Below, in pieces: positions 1 to 10,134 of a stretch of 32,349 bases of DNA (its first letter is position 1; each line of letters starts with the position of its first letter). The translations under genes and the position numbers were made by a program. The stretch is from NCBI GenBank assembly GCA_021432655.1, contig MU271303.1, positions 62,001 to 94,349 on the forward strand. Direction: 5' to 3'. The stretch is from Atractiella rhizophila (taxonomy: Eukaryota). The notes beneath the pieces were generated by a model that searched no databases, was not told where the DNA came from, and saw only the letters and a list, made by a program, of their open reading frames with translations.

Positions 1-344
1 CCGTCCAAAGTCCCATAACCTATCCTTCACTACTTCATACAATCACGTGTCTACCCATCACTGCTTTGCACATACCCACGCTATCCGTCGCTTTCCCTCT
101 TCTCACACGGATCGCCGCTCAGCAAACCTTATACATTTCACCGGTCTGCACCATCCCCATTTTCGTCTTGTCATCCCTTTTCACTAGTATTGCTCAGTAC
201 ATCTTTTTCCCGATTATTCCCTTTATTATTTTCCTGATCTAGCTATCCTACATGTTTCAAGAAACATATGTTACAGTTTATGGCAGTGCCTTTACATATG
301 TATATATACATCGAGATGTAGTGGTGGTGACCTTAGAGTATTCT

Positions 345-1001
345 CTTAGGTTTACCTCCACTACAGACGCATCGCCTGTCAGTGACCGCACATAGTGTTG
401 GGAATTGGCCTGGGATAGTAGAGGTGTAGACGTAAATTTCACGTAAAAATGTTGGAGCTGTGTTGGGTACTCCTTTGAAGATCGAAGGTGGAGCAAGCTT
501 AATACGTGCATATGGTGCTACTTGGGCAGTTGAGGTATAGATGGAGGAGAAGAGGCTTGAGGTATTGGGTCTGTTTGCGACGAAAAAGGAGAGGTGGTTC
601 CACTGTCCCTAGGAGGAGGTAGTCTGGAGTCTCGTAGTTGTAAATTTCGGTCATTTGTGTTTTGGACGTCAGACCTCAGTAGTGCAATTTCGTTCGCATT
701 TTGTGAGGTTTGCACGCTTTGTTGGTTGAAACTTGATATGTGGTCTTGTTCAAGTTTTCTGAACTGCTTTTCGGTTGTAAGGTGGAAAGTTTGGAACATC
801 CTTTCTAAGCAATGGATATGTTCTTCCGTTAGGTAGCGAGTCGCTGATGAGTGGCGAATCGCGCATTTCCATATTTTCCCAAACCTCCGACATTTTCTAA
901 TCTTGTTGTTTTGAAAGGGAAGGGAGAGTATTCTTCTGTTAGGGCTGATGCTATCTGTGGTCGCTGACGGGGGATGTGTCTGTAGTGGAGATAAACCCAA
1001 G
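345..1001. repeat. 51-bp imperfect inverted repeat pair (345-395 and 951-1001), probably PPT/LTR-start junctions of one LTR family in opposite orientation
   Basis: The reverse complement of 345-395 (ctatgtgcggtcactgacaggcgatgcgtctgtagtggaggtaaacctaag) matches 951-1001 (ctatctgtggtcgctgacgggggatgtgtctgtagtggagataaacccaag) with 8 mismatches; a purine tract precedes TGTAGTGG. Confidence 0.7.
396..950 (-). pseudogene. Degenerate Ty3/gypsy-like gag fragment
   Basis: ORF 518..1054 (coiled-coil, then Pro/Ser-rich) continues after a frameshift into IKLAPPSIFKGVPNTAPTFLREIYVYTSTIPGQFPT, which resembles the 'PxxFxG...FL...Y...P..F' start of retrotransposon Gag; bounded by the inverted repeats below. 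Confidence 0.4.
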
Positions 1002-1039
1002 TGATAATATGACATGAGAAGACTTACCTGTAGTGGAGA

Positions 1040-2423
1040 CACTGGGATTCCCAATTGTCGTCAAAACCGATTGTCGCTCGCTCCTAACCATACTTAAAAA
1101 TAAAAAGTTGAGTCCCAGGCATGAGCGTTGGAGGGAATGCCTAATCACCCACAACATCTGCTGCATTGAACACGTCTCAGTTAATGTGAACTATTGCTGC
1201 GATATGATGTCCCTAGCACCAGTGGAAGAAGCTGGGAAGGAGACATCAGAATCATGGATGGAGACAGAAGGGTCAAAGGACGAGTCGTTCCAAGAAGCAC
1301 TAGGGCAGAAGCAATGGGCGACGATAGTTAAGGAAGTATGTATGTTTGGGAAACTGGTTTGCAAGGTAGCAATAGCATGTGAATCACTTTTTGATGGGCT
1401 GTGATGTCATCGAACGAGAAAGTTGAGCTCAGAGTCTGCATCTTTAACAAAGACGTAAACCATGCCGACCCACCACTTCACGCAATGTTCGACAGAGGTG
1501 GAACCTTCAACAATGGGGAACTGAAAACGAGAATCAAGGAGGTTGGGACGATCACGCACTTCACGCCAGCTCTGCAACCATCGACGAACGGGTTTCTGGA
1601 GAACAAAAATCACATCTACCTCGAGTGATGCAGGAAAAATGCACCTGTGGGAGAAACGGACGCGAGCAGCACCTGGGCCCTCAGGTTGGATGAAGACATA
1701 AACTCCCTCAACTGAGACAAGATTAGAAGCCACAGCTTCATGCCCACGGAGCTACTCCATGGATGGAACCCATTGGACAGGTACACACTTATGCCGGAGG
1801 ATGTGAGGGACCGGTGGAGGGTGAAAAGGAACCGACAAGAAAGGAGATTGAGGTATCTGGGATGGTTGAAGGCAAAAAGGGAACAAGCATTCATTAACAG
1901 GGTCAAGTACACGGCATAGATGAAGTAGAATTTCGATAAACACATAAACCCCATCAAATTCAAGGTAAATGATCTTGTCATAGTGCTGGACAGCACTATC
2001 TGCATGCAACACTCGTGAAAACTCGAAGCCAGGTGGTTTGGACCATTCAAGATCATCAGGACATGAGGAAACATCGAAGGAGAAGAATCACCAAGTGCGC
2101 AATCTTGGATTTTGGAAACATTAACCAGAGTGAGACCAGGTGGATATTTCCACAACCAACGCCTTAAACGCTTTCACACAAGGGCCCCTGGAGTGGAAGG
2201 AGTTTAGCTACAGTATCGTCAGATTAGATCTCATAGTTCATTATCGTATATCTTATTATTTTACTCATCTCTTATCACCATTTTATTCAGCCTGCCACCT
2301 ATTTTATCTTCTTCGCAAGCCAGCACCTGTGGCAGGCACAAACATGAACAATCCATAGAATGAATGAAAGATACGTCCACCATCTATCAGTCATGTCCCA
2401 TCGCTACCTCGAGAACTGCTACA
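1040..2423 (+). mobile_element. Decayed Ty3/gypsy LTR retrotransposon 3' part (RNase H end, integrase core, GPY/F module, probable 3' LTR remnant)
   Basis: RNase H C-terminus IVVKTDCRSL..KKLSPRHERW..IEHVSVNVNYCCDMMS; integrase FDRGGTF..HFTPALQPSTNGFLENKN; KLEARWFGPFKII and IFHNQRLKRF near 2020-2180; many stops; ends in LTR-like CTGCTACA at 2416-2423. Confidence 0.85.
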
Positions 2424-3050
2424 TCGTTATACTTCCTGGAATAACTCTAGCAGCAGGGTAAAACAGGTTCCTCAAGGCGTTGTCCAGATCCGTCTGCTGC
2501 CAACATCAGTGTTATGGGCTCTTTTGATCAATTACACACTATGTAGCTCTCGATCTTGTCTTGTGGAATTCCCGGAACCCATAGACGAGATGTAAACGAC
2601 CCCAACACCCTCCATAGCTCCCAAATCTCCTCCTTCATCAAACCATCATCACTGAGGGGACGACATGCCCAAGGCATGACCTGCATGAGAATCTTGAGCT
2701 CCTTCCCAATCAGAGAACCAGCATATTGGATGTAGTATGCCGTGTTGATTGTTTGTCCAGCGTTGAGACAAGCGGTGGATGCCAACAACACCTAATAATT
2801 TATTAGGAATAGCTCTTAAAATGCAATAAAAAGGCAGCTTCAAGTTGAATTTGTAGATGTTTCTTGAAGTCAACCTGGATCCGATAAACTGTTCGACACC
2901 ATAGATACTTGACAATGCCAAGCAGAATGGTGGGTAATATTTCAACAGGAGTTTGTTGAGCATGACTTCTGCAAACTTCAAGACCAGCTTGAACTTTGCG
3001 ACACTCATTGGACGCCAGGGAATGTCGCTGATAAGAAGCACAAGGCCGAT
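2424..3050 (-). pseudogene. Remnant of a basidiomycete DNA-transposon (CACTA/EnSpm-like) transposase, internally deleted
   Basis: YYIQYAGSLIGKELKILMQ..LGSFTSRLW..DLDNALRNLF resembles the fungal 'YxGSLIGKxFK' putative transposase family; the reading is cut exactly at the gypsy LTR end (2423). Family assignment is from memory. Confidence 0.45.
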
Positions 3051-4184
3051 AATACGTTTTTAAGACCCTCTTGCATAGCTAGAAAAAGCGTACATTCTTG
3101 TCCTTATATGGTGCCCAATCCCCACTGTCTGCAGTCTTCATCGCATATTCCAAAAGCTCCATTGCTTCCTTAAGATCATTGAGGAAATGTCCTTCCTTCT
3201 CTTCCTCCAACTCTTTGCTCACCTTTATGTTCTCTGTACGAGGAAAAGGATCGAAACATTTCGACATGTTTGAGTTGAATTCTGTATTAGGTAACAACAC
3301 TTGTTCCACCGTGAGTAAATCAGGAAGGAATGGGTCCCCTCTAGCTCGTAACAAAGGCTATAGAAGCAGGATTTAGAGAACGATACATATGGATTAAGGA
3401 AACACAGATGTCTTTAGGATCACTATAAGACTCCCCTGTCTCATGCTCCTGCCGCCCCAACATGCTAGAATCCCCCAAAAAGTTGAACAGTGCTGGTGCA
3501 GCTTTCTTCAAGGACTTTGACCTAGGAACATAGGAGGACATTGAATGATTGAGCGATTGCCTTAGATTGTAGAGCTTCTTAATGTGCTGGAGATTTGAGA
3601 TGAGTGTTGATTTTATGCTGTGGGAATGCCTGATGCTTTCGTACCCCATTTGGACGAGGGCAGATATTACAGATGAATGAATTCTTTAATAAGACCTGCA
3701 GATCTAGTGCCAATAAAGTATGAACAAACCACACAGACAGGAACAGAAAGGCTCACCTTCGGGAACAACAACATCTGATGTTTCTTAACCATTTCGGACT
3801 AGCATTATGCAGCCTGAGGAGTAAGGTATTGACACGTCTTCAATGTTGATAAATCATCACAAGGTGTCTCTGGAACTTTAGCCAAAAAAAAATGTCTAAC
3901 ATCAACATCACCTTTCATTCTGACAATACATCTTACAACAGCAATGCCTTACAATTCAATCACAATGGCTCCTCGACCATTCCTCTCTAGGACATATGAG
4001 AAACAAACGGAAGGAGAAGAACAACAAGGAGTAGGAGAGGAGGAAGGAAGGGAAGATGAGGAGGAGGAAAATGACGATGATGAAGGACCGAATCTGATAA
4101 CTCGTTTTGGATTGTTCTCCTCCATAACTACATCCCCTTGAAATCGTCGGGGGCACAACGAAACAAACTCTTCAGAATTTATCT

Positions 4185-4990
4185 GTGGAACAAGATATGG
4201 AGCTTCCTTACGGTCTTGAAGAGATAGCTTGCAGGCAAAAGCTATCAATCCCTAGTCGCAGGTTCCTTGTCCAAGCTTTTGAAGAAACAGTACCTATATA
4301 TCTTTCATTTGACCATCCTTTCATCAAGTCTAATGTGAGGACACAGGTATCATATGCGGAATACCAGAGCGAGCTGGTCGTAAATCCAGAATATGTCAAA
4401 TATGACGATGATGGGAGACCTCAAAAGAAGCCTAGACACCTCATTCGACGCCACCACAAGGTCATGGACTTAGCACTCAATTTGCATTGACATGAGTTAT
4501 CAGAGTTGCTATTTGACAGAATGGAAGGCATCATGCAGCAGGCAGTCCACATCAACCAAACCACGATTGTATGTTATATCATCCATTACTAAAGAAGGGA
4601 CAGATTACTGACATCTGAATAGGATACTATTAGGGAGATGTGCTGCTTAGTCTTCTGGACCCCAGGTCTTCCTTTTGCAGCCAACAATACATATCTATTC
4701 AGGACGCTTCAAGTAAGTCCCCATCACTATAACCCTTAACCTACTAATATCGTGGGCCAGGCATTCTTCAATAAGAATCCTCATTTCCTGGGACCGGCCA
4801 AAAAGTGCCTTGAAGAAGTAGGCTCCACAACGTTCGAAGAGTTCAGGAAAGTAGCCCACTCCGCTTTCAATGACCTTCGCAGTCAAATAAAGTCATATTA
4901 CGCCATCTTCCCGGTTCAATGTCCTCACAAAATAAAATAACGATCACATATTTAGCTTGCCAATTCGGTCAAACAGTTATGGTCCCTCGC
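4185..4990 (+). pseudogene. Unidentified intron-containing gene remnant, probably a TE accessory gene
   Basis: Protein-like ORF pieces 4185..4490 and 4752..4940 separated by GT-AG intron-like segments and stops; no recognisable domain. Confidence 0.25.
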
Positions 4991-5639
4991 AAAACTAGTG
5001 GACACCATTACAACACGGCACACCAATGCTTTCGCTATAGACATATCAGCTGTGTGCACATTTTGCCCACTGGGTAAGCTGTTGATGATATAGCTATGCC
5101 AATTCCTTACTGATAGTCATCTCAACTCTTTGCAAGTAGCTCCTTCAGTAGCGTTACAATAAGTTGGTATACTAGAATGGAATGGTATGCCTGTGGGCGC
5201 GCAGAAAGATTGTGTATGCTTGCGGGCCAGGATTGCGGTCTTTGGGAATATAACCAAGTTGAGCTGATCCAGGCAGGGCATGAGATCCCTCGTAAGCCAA
5301 CAGGCGAGACCACACAGAAAGGGACAGGGCAGAAAGCTCACGCCAGATGCTGCTTGGCGCTTCAGGGCAAAGAGCAGTTAGCACTTCTGACCTGCACCAG
5401 AATGAAGTGGCGAGCGGCCTGCTTATGCGAGTTGGCGGATTGGACGGGAACTCTGTACTTTGCCTTTGGTTCCTGCAACTTTTCATGGTCCTTGGTGGAG
5501 GTGATATCTTTGTTGATAGTGGTCCCAATGTCTAAGGGCTCTGCCTCATGCTTGAAGGAATGGGCAGAGTTGGAGAGGTTTGAGGGGAGGTGACGCCCCA
5601 CACGGAGAAAGGCGTCTTTCTTGGCTAGGAGTGTGACCT

Positions 5640-6760
5640 TGGCGAACTGGTTTGGGATGTAGTCATGAAGGAACCAAAGGCACAGCTTGAAGGATATGGA
5701 CTTCCACTTGCCGACTAGCCGGATATACTCTATCTCGAATGCCAGTTTCAGTAGTAGGGATGCGCCACCGATTCTGAAGCTGTGACCGGAAATAGATGCA
5801 TACCCATTGTCCGTCCAGATCTGATTAACCCAGTTAAGGAAGGCTTCTTTTGTGAGGGCACGCATCGAGTCTGTCCACCTGTCGACATATGTGAAAAGTT
5901 GGATGGTCTTATCTTCTGTGAAGTTGGTGCAAGGTGATTTGTAAGCAGCTCTAATGTCCACCAATGGTGGAACTGTGTTTGAGTGAAGCAGAGGAGGTGG
6001 GTATGTCCAGGGTGAGGAGGGTCTTGTCGTGTCGCAGGTGGATACTGTAACAGGGCACATTTTCATCCGTCATGCAGTGCTTAATGTCACCTCTCGTGAT
6101 GGCAAATTCGAGATCGTATGACTTGTGGGAACGTACTGTCGACTCTGCAAGGTGGAACAAGGTGAAGAATGAGACGATGGCACATGACATGACCGCAGCA
6201 TCGAAATGGGAGTTGTGGTTGAGGTTATTGATGAGGCAGGCGATCATGCCTAGTGTGATTGGAGGGCATGGTGCTTTTTTGAAGAGACTACCCTGGAGTC
6301 TGGCTAATCCTTTGCACCAGATCTTCAGCTCATCAGGCCTGTGATCCCAGATCCAGGGGTATCCATGGAGGATGTGCCACACTTTGATGCCAGAGACATA
6401 TCGAGAAGCAGTGTCGACACTGACGGTCCGAGAAGGGGCTAGGGCTTTTGGAATGCCATCCATGGCACCAGGGCACCAGAGTAAGAAACTGGTGATGAGT
6501 TGGGGAGAGGCAGGGAACCAGTGGGAGTACGGGATCGCAGACTTGTCGCAGAACTCCAAATACTTGCAGGAGAGCAGAGGAGTAAGAGTCAGGGTGGCAG
6601 GGCATATCCAGCAGCAGTTACGACCCTTTGAATACGCCGTATGACCTCGTTGTCGATGTTGAGGTGGGCCAGGTCCGGAGTGGAGGCGTCAGTCCATTGT
6701 AAGAGACGTTGAGCTCCCTTGATGTTTGGGTTAAAGACTTCCTTAGCTCACAAGTTGGAG
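5640..6760 (-). pseudogene. Tyrosine recombinase of the YR retrotransposon (frameshifted)
   Basis: YLEFCD..TASRYVSGIKVWHILHG..PPIT..DAAVMSCAIVSFF, ISGHSFRIGGAS..VGKWKS; frameshifts near 6570 and 6060; the expected catalytic Arg position reads H (FHLAE) and the expected Tyr position reads C (KLCLW). Confidence 0.9.
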
Positions 6761-7144
6761 TGTTCTGCTTCGAAAGCGCACAGTTTTCTGAGTACGGTAG
6801 AAAACCTGAAATCGCAATGCAGGCTGAGCTGCTGCGTGCCGCCGTGAAGTAGAAGACTTATGAACCTAGGGAATTATGAGGGTGGACCGTCCCATGGAGG
6901 ACAAAGGAGTGAGCAAAGAAAGAGGGGGGGTAGAGGGCTGGATTTGGTATGAGGCGGGCTCTAACTGTGTCTGACACAAATGTGGCCACTGTGGATTTGC
7001 CAAATCGAAGAAATTAGGGCTACTCATTAGGAGAAGGAAGGAAGGGTATAGGGGAGAGCCCTATAACTATAAGTAAAGGTTAAGGAAGTATCCAAGGAAA
7101 ACTACTAGATCAAGGGTTCGAAACTGGGTTCTGAGGAAGAAACG

Positions 7145-8400
7145 CTACATAAGAGGTGCGGATAGCTGCAGAAATATGATACTAAGTGGGAGATCTGTGG
7201 TGGGGGGAATTGGGAAGAATAATAAAGGGTCAGAGGATGAGAAATTGCTGCATGACAGCGAGTCAGTAGGATTATTTGCCGAGGCTAGCCAACACGAAGA
7301 GAGTTCGATAGTAAGCTGTTGGCAGCCAGCGTAAATGCGCTTCAGAGATGAATTGGAGTTGATGTTGGAAGTCCAACCTTTGTCAAGGATAAACTGGACA
7401 CCTGTGTTATCAATGTGAATGATGATGGAACGGCAGTGCGGTGAGGGGACGTTGAATTTAGAGGGCAACCTGGAGAATAAGTGATGGAGAAGGTAAGTCC
7501 CCAGCTTGCAAGCCAGCATCTCACCAAAGCCTATCTCCTTGTCCAAGCGCGACAAGTTAGACTTCCACTTCCAGATGGACCAATAACCTTGGATCACTGT
7601 GCTGATTCCCCAGTCTGTGCTTGCATCTCCGTACTACTGGAGGTCGATTGGGTTCTCAGTGTCACACAGCAGGTATGCCAGGGTTTCTATTAGTAGATGG
7701 GATAGCCACTTCTCTAAATCCTTGTGGAGAGGTCCCAGGGAGTGGTGCTGGACTGATGAGGCTACCTTGTGGCCAAGTCTGTGTTTGATCTCATCGAAGC
7801 GAGCGTTCTCCAGGTATAGTGACCGCATGTAAGGACGAAGATAAGGGAAGATAAGGACGAGATGCTCAAGGAACCCCAGGAGGACAAGATTTCGGAGTGA
7901 GGAAAGGAACCAAAGGTGGGGGTGAGCCAGAGTTCTAATGACGGCTTTGAGGAGTTTCAGGCGAGGAAGGGATGTGGAACAGTCGACGAAGCTCCAAATG
8001 AAACCAATGTACTTGAATGTGTGAGCGAAATTGAATGCCTTCTTTCTGTTAATGTGAACGCCTAACTCTTTTAGGATGTCCAGGACATCCTTCAGGTCGT
8101 ACCACTGAGAGGCGGAGCGAGATCTAAAGAACAGTTTGTCATCAACCCAGTGAATGGCAATCCAGAAGAGCGAAGAGACAAAGTCGATCCAGCTGTCATT
8201 CAGGAGCCTGTAATTGCCAGGGCAAGAAGCGCAACCAAAGGAGGCCGCTGTGTCTACCCAGAGGTGACCTTTGAAGTCTTGGAAAACGAAGTAGCGCCCT
8301 GAGTCCGGGCTAGTTGAGAACGTCCTGAAAGCATCTTTGACGTCCAGAGTCATCACTTCGATGTCTTGTGGGAGTGAGAGGAATAAGTGCCACATCATTG
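7145..8400 (-). pseudogene. Reverse transcriptase-RNase H of the YR retrotransposon
   Basis: LDVKDAFR, WVDTAASFGCASCPG, IHWVDD (YxDD equivalent), FKYIGFIW; in-frame TAG at 7634-7636 just before the RNase H motif YGDASTDWGI; EML, HIDNTGV, SANNPTDSLS. Confidence 0.9.
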
Positions 8401-9963
8401 GGAAGCTGACCTTGAGAGGTATGGAAACAATGAAGATGAAATGACCATAGAACACATCACTCAACTCCCTTCGGTAGAGGATATTGCCTGTGAAGAGAGC
8501 AAGGAGACGTGCATGCTGGTAATGCAAATTAACAGCAGCATCTCCAACTGTTGTAAAAAGAAACAGAATCAGCGTCAGAAGAACTGAAGGCGCAATGCCT
8601 CCATCACCTAGTCATTCTTCGATTGACTTAACATTCATATTCAGTTTTTTATCATTTTGTCACACTGGTATTTTTTGTTTCTATCATTCATTGTTCAGCA
8701 TTTCAAAATATTTCAAGTCGTGATTCTTCATTACATCGTTTATAACCTGTCCATTCCAATATATGTCATTCTGTCAAAGTTACAAACCTTTACATCCCTA
8801 TCGACAAGTTCATAACCTATTCAATGATGTCTCTACATTTTCTCATTGTTACACTCATCTATATATCACTTGCATTTGTTTTGTTACTCTTCCAATCGAC
8901 AAGTGAATACTCAACACGATCCTTTACATTCATATATGTCTCTGTTGTATTTTGTTTTGTTACTCTTCTGTCAAATAGCTTCTTGATAAGTAAAAGGTTT
9001 TACATAACCCAAAGGTGAAATCACAATGAAATGATGTAGATTAAGAAGTACTCTCGTACCATATGATGTAGCGTCATCAAACAGGCAAGGTTCATTCAGT
9101 GAGTTGCAGAGATGTGCTTTGGATAGCTTCGTCTAATTGCAACATAGCAGGTATCCGCTGGCAGATATAGGCACTTACAGTCGCTTACGGTCTACTTAAT
9201 GTGTCGCCGTTAGCTTGAGGGTAAGCTGGCAACAGTTGTATGCACACACAGTGGTAGTTGACAGCTTGAGACTTATGGCATAAGCCTGCAACAGCAGTGT
9301 GCATTGCATAGACGGATAGGTTGACAGAAGCCAACTGGCATTGTGAGGAGAGTGGATCCACTGCGACAATGTGTGCAGTCGTCATCAACAGAATGGGGCT
9401 GCCCAGCCGAAATTTTGGTCCGTGTCCAGATTTTCAAAATTTGGATGCTTGCTTCGAGCTTCAGAGGATGCTTCCTGTTCCGAAGCATGTCCCAAACGTC
9501 AGAATCCCCCTCAAATCTCCATTTGACACAGCTAATACGAGGAACGAAGGGGTGCGGCGCGTTTCCAAAACCGTCTACAGTTCTTACAAACCTTCAGGCC
9601 ACTTATGACAAGCATACGAAACTAATCCATGTGGTCACGTGCATGAATGGAGCCCCTCAGTCTGCCTTTCTTTCAAAGTTTGAAGGCACTATGTGGTGAG
9701 AATCACCATGACATTAGCAATCTGGGTATGAGAACCCAAAGTGAATTTGTTAGTGCTACGGTCATGAAACCCACGGTGTTCCTACCCCGTTTGGTACACT
9801 AGGGCCCGAAATGGGCGAAGATATCATGTCCGCCTCACAGGGCCCTCTCATTTCCAATCCGTACCTACCCAAGAGTATGCCGGAGGCTTCCAAAGGGCTG
9901 TGGCGGATGAGATGTATTGAACGCGCCGTACATCACTCCCTTCTGAGGGACACAAGTGTGTCA

Positions 9964-10088
9964 GTGCCCTCGTCCCTCGGGCATCCCCCCCCGCCAGGGG
10001 CTTCGCCCCTTGGACCCCAGCCTCCGGCGGCCACTGCGTGGAGCTCTTGCCTCTGGCAGCCACTGCGTGGGGCCTCGCCTTCGGCGAG
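9964..10088 (-). other. Cluster of short DNA hairpins (GNA triloops on the minus strand), including a 29-bp direct repeat, in the Helitron 3' region
   Basis: Minus strand: CTCGCC-GAA-GGCGAG (10074-10088), CCAC-GCA-GTGG twice, GCC-GGA-GGC, TGCC-AGA-GGCA, AGGGGC-GAA-GCCCCT (9996-10010), then the terminal hairpin. Confidence 0.85.
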
Positions 10089-10134
10089 ATCAGAGTTACA
10101 CTTGTCCTGCAATGGTCAAGTGTGAAGAGTATTG

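Larger units (their letters stand above)
5600..8400 (-). mobile_element. Tyrosine-recombinase retrotransposon (DIRS/Ngaro group), 5'-truncated (no gag), degenerate
   Basis: RT, RNase H and tyrosine recombinase in the characteristic order on one strand; terminal repeats not identified, so the boundaries are approximate. Confidence 0.9.

Noticed and set aside
3944..4248. Acidic and Ser-rich ORFs on both strands
   Set aside because: A low-complexity purine tract creates stop-free frames; no independent support as genes.
7047..7065. Hairpin tataggg-gagag-ccctata between RNase H and YR
   Set aside because: A single 7-bp stem is within chance expectation.
8400..9790. AT-rich tract and short Cys-rich ORFs as a gene or KDZ-type transposase
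   Set aside because: No diagnostic motif could be recognised; probably decayed repeat sequence.
9798..9846. A|CTAG with a nearby GC-rich stem as a canonical Helitron 3' end
   Set aside because: 9843-9952 is homologous to host sequence at 18576-18809, so the element ends at 9953.
10020..10076. 29-bp direct repeat as a CRISPR-like array
   Set aside because: Only two abutting units with no spacers, in a eukaryotic Helitron context.
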